A stretch of DNA of 63,536 nucleotides, filler included, from Sphacelaria rigidula (GCA_964200075.2; 6 parts of 6 records of this genome joined end to end with filler, not necessarily neighbours in it), one strand, 5' to 3'; shown: positions 1 to 12,599, counted from the whole stretch's first letter. Numbers and translations are program-made. The notes: generated from the letters alone by a model not told the origin.

Positions 1-1884
1 AAACGTCATTGGTCACCATCGCTGAAAGCGGGGGGAAAGCACTGTTTTAGGCTTGAGCCTCATCTCGACGAAGTTAAACCTCAATTCGCACAATTTGCTG
101 TTACTTGAGATAGCTTGACTCGTTGTGACATTTGGTAGAGGGCGCGGTAGGGCCGAAGCTCATACGAGGAGGGCGGCACGTGCATTGCGCCAAGTTGACA
201 GGGGTTTTCAGTGGCTTGCACTCCCACACTGCCTGAAGCAAAGCTTTTCTCACGCTCGAGGCGCTTACCCCATATGACCGCGACACGGTGGACTAGCCGA
301 GTCTCCGGGTAATCGGCGCACGAACTCGTTCGCGGGGTGAGTGTTGGGTGGACTTTCCTTCTCTTTTCAAGGATAAAAAGAGGAATACCCCCAACGACAC
401 ACACCCATAATAACATCAAAGCGCTTCCGTCGCCCCTCTCGGGGGTTATTGACGCACGGTGCCAAACCCAAGGGTTCGTCTCACATCGTCACCCGCCCGC
501 TAAACAACAGCCAGGCTCGAATCTCGCCCACAGAAGTCCACGCACCGAAACTGGAAACCAAACACCCACCCGGAATACACCGGCCGATTCGATACCCTTA
601 GACCAAAAAGATATCACCGGTGATGCTTTGCTCGAGGTTTGAGAGTTAGGACCCACGGTTTTGAGGAGATGTGCGTATCGACACTTGGAGGCCATAGATA
701 GCTAGGGGGGTTGTTGTGTCTTGTGCTTTGTTCTGAAGTAAGATTTTTAGTCCCCTTTGGCAGAATTTCCGGGAGAACGATTCCCACCTATATCCGGAAA
801 AAAACTCGGAAGAACCCCCCCTAAACGTATGACCCCGGGGCTATCGATGCGCGTCCCCTCGTCGAAATTCCAGGCCCTACTCCATCTGTCGAGTTTCCTT
901 CATCACGAGTATTTCCGTCTGGTTTACCTTAGGTACGTTTATCATGTGCAGTGTGTGACTACGGCTGGCGGATCCCTCGGAAACCGATCAAGGTACGCGA
1001 ATTAATCAACTGATCATCCAACTCCCCAAACGTCACGCGCAAAATTCGACGATATGGGCATCCCTAAGGGCTTGGTAATCTCGAACGTTGTCGTAGACGT
1101 TCTCCCATATACTCGTTTTGGCCATGACTTCTCGAACGACGACGATTTGACTATCGAAACACAGATAATATTGAGGTTGCCGCCTTGGCATCAGCAAAGA
1201 GCACGCAATAAAGTTCGGGTCAATCGGTTGGTAACTCAGTCGTGTATAAGCAGTACTCGTGGGTGACGAGTACGGTCTATTTGACCCAGGACCGCGGATA
1301 TGTAGGTTATAGTTCTTTACTCCGTGTAGGGTGCGCGGAGAGCGTGGGAGCGCGATGTGGACTTGGAGTTGGCAAGCTGTGCAGAGACAGGGCTTGGGAT
1401 GGAGGGATGGACTGTGGGCATCAAGTGCCAGCGCCTAGGGTAAGAAGCATGACCAGAGCGTGGACAGGGAGTGGAAAATGACAGTGCGGGGATGACAGGG
1501 CCAGGATGACGGGGCCGAGTGTGGGCACGGGTCATTAGTGCGTGGGTCGGGTCAATAGACGTGGTAATCACGTGCGTTGAGTTTTGTATATTAGCCTGCT
1601 CCCTAGCTGGGCCACCAGGCTTTATCCAATATGTCGGCATAGTGGGAAACATTAAAAGTGCTCGAATAATCGATCAGACTGCACGGCGCATTCTGGAGCG
1701 GTTATAGGACGGCAGAGACCCTACCTCTTGTGCCATGTCTTGTTGGTGCTCGGGGTGTCCACTTCCGATACTGGTACATATCTCGGGTCAACTGGTGGTA
1801 GGACCAGCGTGTAGATGAAACAACTCGCAACAAATATACTTCTCTGTTCATTGAGATATGTCAATTACGGTGCTCCCCCTGCCC

Positions 1885-2630
1885 CCCACCGGCAATGTAC
1901 GGGACGAACTGTGTCCAAACCGCCAGCAACAACTACATTCCGCCTCAATCCCGCCGTCAAAGTTTGTCAGACATTTGGGAGATGCTTTAAATACGAGCTA
2001 CATATAAACTTGTCACGGTCACAGATGGTGACAGGCGGAAGTGCTATTCATACAGTGCTCTCCCTCCCATACATTTGTTTGTGTTTTAGAACCTCACCAT
2101 TACCATCAACTCGCCGACCCGCTTCTGTTTTATAAGGAAACAAATTACATGGCTCTCGCCACACTACATCATCGACCGCTGAATAATGGATACAAAGAAT
2201 TTCGCTAGTACTATCGCATGTGTCAATACCCATTTCTTCTTCTATTCCATCCGGAGGGACCGTTGCCAACCAAAAATACCGAGACAGACAGGGGTAAACA
2301 TGTGTAGACCAGACAGAGAAACACATTGATTACCCCGAGGTCGTTCACCTGCTTACGCTGCACACACACAGTAAGTCTCCCTGCAATATTCACACTCATG
2401 TTTGTTTCGAGTGTGCATAAACGAATCGTTTCAACAATGCTCGATTTCACCTATCTTTGTAAGTCTTAACAACACACGTCTAACCTCTCAAGGTAGTACC
2501 ACTACTTTTCTTTCTCGATACTCTTCGTCGCAGAGTCCGGAGGGCCAGTGACGGGCTGGGTACTAGCGTTCAGTGTTCCGAAGGTCATTCTGTTTGTCGT
2601 TTGTACAGGGGGCATTATAGTAAAACACAG
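1885..2630 (-). pseudogene. Possible decayed spliced gene fragment with a PWWP/Tudor-like signature
   Basis: Three minus-strand segments join at GT donors as EKEK*WYYLER / YFWLATVPPDG...ILCIHYSAVDDVVWREPCNLFPYK / VYM*LVFKASPKCLTNFDGGIEAE. There are two in-frame TAG stops and one non-canonical acceptor. The resemblance is by eye only. Confidence 0.25.
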
Positions 2631-3110
2631 GCAAAAGTGCAGCCGACAGAGGCGGTGGGGGGGAGAGGGCGGGGGGGGGGGGAAAACGGTCAAAAGGGAG
2701 GGGTTATAGCGGTAAGGGGGGGGGACCGGGGCGTATTTNNNNNNNNNNGGGCGTGAGGTAGAAAAGGGGGGGGCGGGGGGCGGTAGTGGTTGGTGGGTGG
2801 GGGGGTGGGGAGGGGGGGGGGGGCAAAACGTTCAACATGACGTGATTATATCGCTAAGGTGGTGGTACACGGGCATATTTCGACACACACCAACACAACC
2901 AACAGAACGATTCATCGTCAGCAGACGATGTTGATCTAGTCATTGACTACTACCGGTTCGCATGCTATTGTCCATTATGTTGGGTTTCACGGCTGTCCGG
3001 GAGCACGCGAGTTGCAGTCGTTTCGCACACATTCACGGCACGGCGTTCTATTTCTAGCCGAGCACAAACGCTGGGCACGATGTTTTTTCCTAGCACCATC
3101 AACAAGAACA

Positions 3111-3148
3111 TGGACACAGACACAGACACAGACACAGACACAAAGGCA

Positions 3149-3192
<44 letters not shown>
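3111..3192. repeat. (GACACA)n followed by (CA)n microsatellite
   Basis: Directly visible. Confidence 0.95.
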
Positions 3193-3197
<5 letters not shown>

Positions 3198-3860
3198 CAG
3201 TCACAACACGCGCACTCTCAGCGAAGAATAGTCTCAATAATCCTGCCTGGGACTTTGGGCTAGGACAAAGAGCAGGGTTGACTGCAACGGATACGACCCT
3301 GGAGTGAAGTAACCCGTCCGACGGCTTCAGGTCACGCTGCTCGAAGTGTTATCTCGCCTCGAACCAATCCCCGAGCACACGAAGTATCTCACACGTCAGG
3401 CCAAAGAGAGCAAAACAGTGAAGTATACCGGCTCTAGTCTGTATAAGTCTAGAACATGTTCTATTCTAGAACGGTCTGTGAGTTCGTTAGAAGGACATCA
3501 CCACTTAACCACGTAGCTAACGCTGACTGCTCAGGCTAGTTGTGGTGAAACCCCTCTAACGAACGAAAGAAGTGCCGAGGTCGATTCTAGACGCGTCCAC
3601 TCTCTCCTATTGTCGTGGAGAGACGTTCGAGGCACTGGATCTTTTCAGCTGCAGCGTACGCAAGGAGCAACCCGGAGGAACGCGTCGAGGGGCTTTCGAG
3701 CTCAAAAACAATCATTTTGTTTGTTGGAGGGATTTCACCACTACTAGATCAAGTAGTCAGGTGAGAGGAATTTCACCACTAGATCGAGGCAGCGCTGACT
3801 ACTTGGTCTGGTGGTGGAATTCTTCTAGCCAACGTATTAAGGATAGGCTTTGCCTTAGGT

Positions 3861-4288
3861 TATCCACGCAATGTTCAGTAGCACAGCGCAGGTAGCATGT
3901 TTCGTTTGGTGTTTATATGGAGCAACCGCTGTCGGTTGAAGAAATCAAATGTAGGAATATTCTACTGTGCGTAGTCGAGAACAGTATATATCGATCTGAG
4001 TAATGGTCCATTACGACAGGGAATCTTTGAGAAGAGCAGGATACGACTTTTTGAGAAGAAGAGCACAGGAGAACTCACGAGCACCTCGCGGACCCCGCTC
4101 TTTCACTCTCCGCTTCTCCACTTCTTAACCGGACTCCAACGGTCTCTGATACTAGACAAGTCTTCGTTGGCCAGAAGCGCCCATTCAACATCAAGTCATT
4201 TTTTTCGCACAGTTGAGCGACAGCTAGCTCGGCAGCTTAACATCTGTCAGCGTCAGCCTACTGCGGCCACTTATGGGTGTACAGTAAC
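3861..4288 (+). mobile_element. LTR-like sequence, diverged direct copy of about 8640-9063
   Basis: Colinear match from 'tatcc..gcaatgttcagt.gcacagcgcaggtagcatgtttc' to 'cagcctactgc.gccactt.tgggtgta'. It lacks the terminal ...ATCCATAACA and no PBS follows. Confidence 0.75.
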
Positions 4289-4689
4289 GGAATTTGGACA
4301 GCACCACCTTTGCGCATCGAATATTTCACAATGTCGGGGCGTTGAAATCGTGCCGAGGGAATTGGTTTCTGGCAGCATTTGGTTAGTCCGAGACACGACC
4401 TCACTTAGCGAGAGTAGCTAGGGTACAGCCGCGAGAAGTCTGCACTCTCGACGTGCAGCAACGAATCTGGACAGCACCGCATTTGCGCGTCAAGTATTTC
4501 ACAATCTCGGGGCGGTGAAGTCGTGCCTAGGGTCTGGCCCGATACTTCGAGGGTTCTACTGTTGAAGCAGCTGCGACATCACGGAGCAAGCATTTTACGC
4601 GCAAACAACTCTGAAGTCTATCCCGAGACTCGACGGGACGAGAATGACGTTCCGCGAATGGCGGCCAAAGGTTCGAGTAGTAATCGACT

Positions 4690-7600
4690 ATTCGAACGAG
4701 CTCTTCTTCGATATTTTGGGCGGAAAGGAATGCCCGGAGCCAGCAGAAAGGCGGCTGATGAGCGACACTGCAGGATCACCTGCCCCCATCGCGCAAGCCC
4801 TCGAAAAATGACTTCGCGGCAATCAAGACTGCTTTTCTCATTCTATATCGCGCCACCACCGGGTCAGCTAACATTCTCGTGCAATAGTACGAGGGCCGAA
4901 GGTAGGGAGAGGGACTCAGCGATGGCATATGGCTGTCTGGAAAGTCCTTGCGGGTAAACACGACAGCTATACGAAAGAGACGCGACAAGCTTGCTACGAC
5001 GAGCTGTACAACACGAAGATGTAGCATGGGCATGATCCGGCGGACTTCTTCAACACGATGGACAACCTTCGGACCCGACTGCATGACATGGGAGAGGTGG
5101 TCTCTAACGAGAGGTATGAGGACATTATTATACACTCTATCACCAACAACTGCGACTTTGTGCGACAGACCTGCTTCAGCGACCACACCTACGGGTTGGA
5201 GGGGATCAAGTCCTCAATACGGAGCATGCTCATCGACAACCTTTCTCGCGTGTCTACAAAGTCCATTGCGGGCCGCGACGCGACCATGCAGGCGACGCAC
5301 GGCGACCTTAGCGGAATCTAGTGCTTTAACTGCGACAAATGCAGGCACCGTCGCAGCGCATGTCCTGAACCTCTGCCGCAGAGACCGCAGGAGAACCAAC
5401 GATAGAGGCAGAACAAAAAGGACTTGAAGAAAGGAGGAGACGGAAAATTCAAGCGGTGCTCTCTACACAAGACAAAGAGTCGCAGCGACGAGCAGAACCT
5501 CAAGCAGAAGGCTACGGAGAGGGAACAAGTCAGCAGCATCAACAGCGCGTGAATTGTCCAGACAGTAGGGCCCGAACACCCAACGTTTGGGTTCTCATTC
5601 ACAGCTGTCAGGACTACGCTCGCGACAGTGACCAAGGAGTCCAAGAAGCCAACGGAACCCGACAAGTACGTCCTGATTCTTCGATCATCGGCGGGTGAAG
5701 AGTTTGAGGAACGGACTGCGGATACTCTGGAATCATTCGGGGCTTTGGGGGAAGTTCTCGGTGGGGAGTCATATATGGCGATGCCGACGGCTTTGAGTTC
5801 GGTAGAGCACAGTGGGAATGGCATCAAAAGCACATTCCTGATTATGCTGGTGGATAGCGATGCGTCAGGGTATTACCTGGACAGCGAGCTCGCCCCCGGG
5901 ATCCAATTCCGGGTGACAAACTACGCGGAGCTGAAACAGCCTCAAAGGATTGATACCGCTGGAAAACACACCGTGGAAGGCGTCGCGACCGGCACCATTT
6001 CCCGTATCGTCACCGGCCGAGACGGCAAGAGGCACCCAGTATCACCCTCGGTCACCATCATGCCTGGTCTGGGACGGTACCTATTTTTTGTAGCTTCGAC
6101 TTCGAACATGGGAGCTGTTGCCGTTTTTTACTCTGTTTAATCGCGCCTGGAGATAGGAAGTATCACTCTGACATTGAAACGGCTCATGGACGACGAAGTG
6201 TTGTACTCCTGCTCGTTGGATTTGGGCGGCGAATCAATAGAAACGGCCATGCAAGCAGAATCGGCGGACCTGCGGCACGGGCGCTTGGGACATGTCAACC
6301 GCAGGAGTTTGGATGCTCTGAAGGATGTGGACGACAACGGCACCAACTACTACGGGGGACGTGTCAGCTTGCGATGTCTGTGCCATCGGAAAAAGCGCAC
6401 AACAAGCTCACCCCAAGGAGGCAGCCTACGACATCAGTCGTCCTTTTCAACTCGTCTTCACCGATCTCATGGGGCCCATTACCCTCCCGTGTTGGGGGGT
6501 TACAACCACGTCAGCAACTTCACCGGGGAAGCAAATATTCCTCATCAAGGACAAGAGCGACTCCCTTGATTCGCTCAAAACGTTCGTTCAAGCTCTCTTA
6601 CTTTCGAGTGGATTATGAGAACGCCTCCGCATGGATAGAGGCGGGTAGTACATCGGTGGTGCGTTCAAACACTGCTGTCTTCACACTAGCATTCGACACG
6701 AGTTCGCGTCAACAAACACACCACAGCGAAACGGTGCCTGCGAGCGTGACGGGAGGACTCTCATCGATATTGTACGCTACCTTGTGACGGACTCCGGCCT
6801 ACCGGTATTCCTCTGGGGAGAACTTATGCAAACCGCGGTACACCTAGCGACCAGGGTGCTGCATGCAGGGCTGCAAAACATGACGCCATACACATGCGTA
6901 AACGGCAAGGAGGCAAACCTTGGATATCTTCGGGTCATCGGCACCAGGGTGTTTGTTCACGTTGAAACGCACACCGAGAAGCTCGACCCTGGACGTGGAA
7001 AAAACGGCTTTGTGGGTATAGCGTGGACAGCAAGTCATTCCAGATCTACAATCCGGCCAAGAATAACGTAAGGAAAAGCAGCAATGTCATTTTTGTTGGA
7101 ACACCTTCGTCTACGCTGGGGGATCCGGACCTGAGACATAATTTCAACGGTAATGATTTCACATGCCAGAATCACGACGAACTTGTGAGAGATGTCAGGA
7201 ACTACACTTCACGCCTCGACCTCAGTTCACCACTTAAGCACATCATGGGGATCGGTCCGTCGGGATCTGATACCGATGGACTTCGGGACATTCTGCAGAA
7301 AATCGGCACAATTACCGCTCGTGACCTGGGCCTGCGCGCCGTGTCGGGGCCTGCATCACCAGGAGGCAAATCGCCGGCGGAACCTATGCCGGGTGGAGAA
7401 TCCTTAGGAGCATCTCCATCTACCTCAGGGGGAGCGTCTTCGTCTACTACGACAGGTATCTCGTGTTCCAACACGCGAACCACGCCTTCCGACAGGGCAC
7501 CGAGTGCGTCGGTACGCCCGGCGACCCGAGCCAGCGGCCAACCCCTCTCCAATCCCAACACGCCGGACGACGGGGTTAGCGCGACAACTTAGCGCAAGCT

Positions 7601-8610
7601 GAATTCGCTAGCCTATTATACCAATGAGGTAATGGCAGATGTTGCCCACCACGAGGACACGCTGAATTTTGTTGAATACGCCCTCGCCGCCACCTTTATC
7701 CAACTACAAAGTCATTCGGGGGGAGAAAAGGTGACCATGCTTCCGAACACCTTTGAGGAGGCCATTAGGTTACCGGAAGCACGACTCTAGAAAGTTCCGT
7801 CCGACAAGGAGATGAGAACTCTCTACGAGCTCGGTGTCTACTCCCTCATACATTCCTCCGTCGTTTCCTCTAGAATAAAGCGATCAGGTCTAGGTGGGTG
7901 TTCAAGATTAAGGCGGACGGGACGCACAAGGGGCGTCTGGTAGCCCAAGGCTAGAGTCAGGTGCCAGGCAGGGACTGCGGTGGCACCTTCGCTGCGGCCT
8001 GCCGACTTCAGAGCATCCGCATGGTGCTCGCTCCAACGACATATTAAGACTGTGAAATCAACCAGCTGGGCGTGCAAACGGCGTTCCTCAATGCGGACGT
8101 CGAGTAGGAGGTGTACGTCAAGATGACCCCCGGCTACGAGACCACAGACGAGGCGGGAGTTCCGCTCGCGATAAAGTTGCATAATAGCCTCTACGGGTTG
8201 GCTTAAAGCCCGCACAACTCGTGGGGAACCATGGACTCGTGTCTGGTGGAAATCGGGTTCTCGCCTCTCCAGTCTAACACGTGTGTCTAGACGTACAGGA
8301 ACGGCGACACAACGGTCATACTTACGCTCTATGTTGATTGCGTTCTTCTACTGGGTGGAAACATCCCGGAGCTCGAAGCCGTCAAGAAGGAGGTCATGAG
8401 CCGGTTCAACGTGACGGACATGGGGAACGTGTCACTCGTTCTCGGCATGTAGGTGACGCGGGATCGTGAGAAGGGCACACTGACCATCAGCCAGCAGAAC
8501 TACACGAAGCCTGTGCGGGAGAGGTTCGGCAGGGGGAGCTGCGATCCCCTGGGCACACCTGGGTTCGGTGCGGAGCCATCACTGGAACAACCGGAGGATC
8601 AGCATCTCCA
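4690..8610 (+). mobile_element. Degenerate Ty1/copia LTR retrotransposon internal region (gag-PR-IN-RT), RNase H missing
   Basis: Domains appear in copia order: gag (DPADFFNTMDNLRTRL), zinc knuckle CFNCDKCRHRRSAC, protease VDSDAS (decayed DSGAS), GAG-pre-integrase LRHGRLGH...CDVC, integrase FQLVFTDLMGP / PQRNGACER / SGLPVFLWGE, RT WVFKIK..HKGRLVAQG / TAFLNA / SLYGL / LYVDC. Many stops and frameshifts. Confidence 0.95.
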
Positions 8611-9075
8611 TGTGGTGGATATAGGCAGCGCTGCCAGCTATCCGTGCAATGTTCAGTGGCACAGCGCAGGTAGCATGTTTCATTTGGCGTTTGTGCAAAG
8701 CAATTGCTATTGGTTGAAGAAATCAAATATGGGAATATTCTACTGTAATCGAGAACAGTACAGACCGATCTGAGTAACAGTCCAGTACGATAGGGAATCT
8801 CTGAGAAGAGTAGGATATGACCTCTTCAAAAGAAGAGCACAGGAGAAATCACGGGCACATCGCGAGCCCCACTCTTTCCCTCTTCACTTATCCAACTTCC
8901 CAACCGAACTTAAACGGCCCCTTGTACTAGACAAGTCATTGTTGGCCAGAATCGCCCATTCAACATCAAGTATTTATTCTTGCACAGTTGAACGACAGCT
9001 AGTTCGGCAGCTTAGCATCTGTCAGCTTCAGCCTACTGCAGCCACTTGTGGGTGTAGAGCAACGCATCCATAACA
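8611..9075 (+). mobile_element. Complete LTR (465 bp, TG...CA)
   Basis: Begins TGTGGTGGAT and ends ATCCATAACA (imperfect terminal inverted repeat). Homologous to 3861-4288. It directly abuts the truncated RT. Confidence 0.8.
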
Positions 9076-9594
9076 CCACACAAGCTGGATGAAAGGCGAC
9101 ATCCCAGATTTCTGGAAACGTATTTTGTAACGCCTAAGGGCCACGCCGAAGTGGTCAATCTTGCACACCCAAGGCCGTTTTGATTGGGCTTTGTGCGTTC
9201 GACTTTTGACAGATATTATGATGTTCAGTTCAGGATCGCCCTTGACAGTGGAGTTCATAATGAAATTAGCAAATTAGCATTTCCATTTTCCACCATAGAA
9301 AGGGGAGAAAGCAAGAGAGCTTCGCGATGGGGAATCTACGGGCTCATCTTGAAGGAAAAGGGAGATTTGAAGATTCGACAAAAGCATACATCATAGCACA
9401 AAATTGGCAGACATGCACCACACTTTAGCACTTTCTCCATGCTCTGTGATTCCACTCACTCTCAACCACGAGGCGTTCAGTGCGATCACGCAAACACCCT
9501 TGCTTCCAAGGACACCCTGCGTTTTGAGACCAGCACGAGCTAGCTGCCTGGTCTAAATGTCTACGACCTTTGTTTTTTCAGGGCACTTGATGTT

Positions 9595-9860
9595 CCACGT
9601 TACACGTCACGTCACAAATATGACGTCTTATTAATAATACGTCACGTCATGTCGCACCTGTGACGTTTTACAATACGTCACGTCACGTCACGTCACGTCA
9701 CGTCACGTCACGTCACAACTTTAAAACGTCACGGCACGTCACGATACGTCACGTCACATTTATGACGTCTTGAACGATAATACGTTACCCCACGTCACAA
9801 TGACGTATTTCGAAACGTTCTTATGTGACGAATGACGTAATACAAAATGTTGCATGTGTG
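9595..9860. repeat. (CACGT)n pentamer microsatellite with degenerate flanks
   Basis: Perfect run at about 9676-9715, with scattered cacgt/gacgt units on both sides. Confidence 0.9.
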
Positions 9861-10318
9861 ACGTGTGTCGTCATTTACAACCTTGCACTTTTACCGTGTT
9901 GAGTGCAATTCAACGGTACGTGCGACGTTGTAATGTTTAATGTAACGTAACTTGGTACAGGAGGTTCACGGTGGCTGCCTTAGTTGGACATGAGGCGCGT
10001 TCTGATCGCTATTCTGACATTGTAACGATGATTTCCAGCAAGTGTATCGTTCATGCGTCCCTCACTCTCACATTGCAGATCCAAAGAAATACATGAAAAT
10101 ATTCTTGATGCACGATAATAAAAAGTGAGATGATAAGATGCGCTCAGGCCCCATGATGTATACATAAAAACGCAAGTATGTACAAATCATACGTTGGTAA
10201 TACCTAACAGAGGAATCTATAAAAGGAGGTTCATCAATGAAATGAGGTTCGAGCTCAAAACAGTACTTTCTCCACGCTTTCAGCGATGGTGCCAAATGAC
10301 TTTCTTGTCGGCCTATTG

Positions 10319-10508
10319 CCCCTCGATCGCGTAGATACTTCTTCAGCGCATTTTATCGACTCTGTGAGCTTACAGCGCTGTCCAAAACCGCCATTTCTAC
10401 TTAGTTTTTAGGGGGGGGTGATATCAGGGAAAACAGAAGTTTCGGTCAGCGCTGTAAGCTCACAGAGTCGGTAAAATGCGCTGAAAAAGTATCTACGCGA
10501 TCGAGGGG
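10319..10508. mobile_element. Foldback/MITE with about 62-bp near-perfect inverted arms (at contig end)
   Basis: cccctcgatcgcgtagatac...tacagcgctg (10319-10380) is mirrored by cagcgctgta...gtatctacgcgatcgagggg (10447-10508). Confidence 0.8.
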
Positions 10509-10608
10509 NNNNNNNNNNNNNNNNNNNNNNNNNNNNNNNNNNNNNNNNNNNNTTAATTAATTAANNNNNNNNNNNNNNNNNNNNNNNNNNNNNNNNNNNN
10601 NNNNNNNN
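10509..10608. other. Artificial contig linker
   Basis: N44-TTAATTAATTAA-N44, with stops in all six frames. Confidence 0.97.
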
Positions 10609-10625
10609 GCATCCTATTCAACATC

Positions 10626-11035
10626 AGGCCGTTTCTTCCGGTTCGTATTTCGTTTGGCTCGTATTTTCCACTTTCAAGGACATTTGACAAGGTTTTTGAC
10701 CCCCAAACAGGGAAAATTGCCACCACACGTCTTGGACACTTTGTATCACCCCACTGAGAGGAGCCTAGCCCATTTTTCCGATTCGCTTGGGTCAGAGATT
10801 ATACCTGCAGACTGTGCAATATATGTTTTTCTCGCATTTTTATCCAGAGGCCGCTCTCGAAATCTCTGACCCAAGCGAATCGGAAAAGTGGGCTAGGCTC
10901 CTCTCAGTGGGGTGATACAAAGTGTCCAAGACGTGTGGTGGCAATTTTCCCTGTTTGGGGATCAAAAACCTTGTCAAATGTCCTTAAAAGTGGAAAATAC
11001 GAGCCAAACCAAGTACGATCCGGAAAAAACGGCCT
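10626..11035. mobile_element. Foldback/MITE with about 175-bp inverted arms and 60-bp spacer
   Basis: 10626-10800 (aggccgtttcttccgg...gggtcagagatt) mirrors 10861-11035 (aatctctgaccc...ccggaaaaaacggcct) with few mismatches. Confidence 0.9.
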
Positions 11036-11072
11036 TACGCCCCAACACTCTTCTTCAACATTGCCCTGAAAG

Positions 11073-11103
<31 letters not shown>

Positions 11104-11202
11104 GGAAATGCTACATCACACTGGAACGCAATCAGTAATAAAGTATACCATGCGACATTTGTGTTATTTCTAGGGAGGACAACACGTAAACCGCCTATCG
11201 GC

Positions 11203-11270
11203 GTTGTTGCTGTTGCTGCTGCTGTTGCTGCTGCCGCTGCTGCTGCTGTTGCTGCTGCCGCTGCTGCTGT
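11203..11270. repeat. (GCT/GTT)n trinucleotide microsatellite
   Basis: Directly visible. Confidence 0.9.
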
Positions 11271-11513
11271 GCAAACAGCAAGCGCGCTATCAGGGCCTGT
11301 TGATGTCTTGTGAGGTCGATGAGGGCTTCTTCCGTTACGTTCCCGCCGCCGACACCACCATATCCGGGGTGCTTCGATTCATCGAGTGGAAAATGACAAA
11401 ACACACCGGACGAAAACAAGGGGTCGATTACAGAAAAAAAAATGCTATTTAAAAATGGAGTGGAAAGGGGGAGGGGGTCATGTAACGCAGGAACAGGATG
11501 AGGGTGCCTAGCT

Positions 11514-11769
11514 GACACTTTTTACGATAGCCCTTCCTCCAAGCCAGTCCAGAAGTGTCACGAAAAAAAATGGTTATACAGCGCCTGATGTTATGGTTCA
11601 GGTTGTGCATGAAGCGCCTCACATGGGCGACATTGGCGAAAACGCACCCAAGCGAGGAAATTCCCAGCTGCTCGTTGTGCTCGGCTTTTTCCATTTCGAT
11701 TTACGTCAAGATTTTGCCATCCCAAACCGGGCACTTTTTCGGGGGGGAGGCGCTATCGTGGAAAGTGTC
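11514..11769. mobile_element. MITE with GACACTT..ACGATAG TIRs and probable 4-bp TSD
   Basis: gacactttttacgatagc ... gctatcgtggaaagtgtc, flanked by agct/agtt. Homologous copy at 52306-52542; terminal fragment at 31688-31723. Confidence 0.8.
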
Positions 11770-11794
11770 AGTTGTCGTTTCTCTTCTTTTTTCC

Positions 11795-12085
11795 GTTACC
11801 GTTCCAACTCCTTTATTTTCCATGGGACGAGTCCGTAGTTCAAGGGATCACTCAACCCATATCTCCCCTCGGCCCACGTCGTACGCTTTGGTATCCCGGA
11901 TTGGATCGTGATCATCAGCACTCCCCGCGGATTGAATTATGACTATTAGCACTCCCCACGGATTGAATCATGACTATTAGCACTCCCCGCGGATTGAATC
12001 GTGACTATTAGTACCCCCCCATCGCGTCGACTCTCGACAAACAAGCAGAGCTTCCTTGCTACTCATGTCGTCACGTTTTCACATC
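11795..12085 (-). mobile_element. SINE family A, partial copy with an internal 32-bp tandem amplification
   Basis: Shares gggacgagtccgt / cggattggatcgtgatcatcagcactcc with 56960-57293. The unit attagcactccccgcggattgaatcatgact repeats about 3-4 times. Confidence 0.7.
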
Positions 12086-12599
12086 CCTGGATAATAATGA
12101 CAGGAAGATTCATCACATTCTCATGAAGCGTACTGCGTACAGTGCAGACTATTGCGTCCCATGCAATGGACAAATATATTCCATACTTCACGCAGTATAT
12201 TTTTCGACAACTTAATCTAGTGTACTACTGCGTACATTCTCGACTATTGCGTCCAATGCAATCGACAACAGATTCCATACTGTACGCAGTACATTTTTGA
12301 CAATGTAACATATTGTCATTATCCAGAGTGTGCACGTTTTCAAGGATGTGTGTTTTGCATAGGATACTTTCCTACATTTGGGTATTTTGAAACATTCAAA
12401 CTCCAAGTACCCAAAACTTTAGATGGGATGTTGAGATCGTACTCAACAATAACCAGATATTGCGTGTAGTATTGCAACCGTACCCAACTATTTGCAAATA
12501 TTCAGGTGGTACAGCTTCGAGATCGAACCATCGCAGCACAAAATTCGGGAAAATAAATACCCGTGTATTCACCCTGCGAGCAATGCCACGGTAGGGGCG

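Noticed and set aside
10553..10564. TTAATTAATTAA as a conserved biological motif every ~10.6 kb
   Set aside because: It always sits at the centre of a 100-bp N block and is a synthetic six-frame stop linker.
11195..11518. PolyQ/polyA/polyL ORFs (also 2943-3307, 36981-37398, 56317-56861)
   Set aside because: These are translations of microsatellites with no other coding signal.
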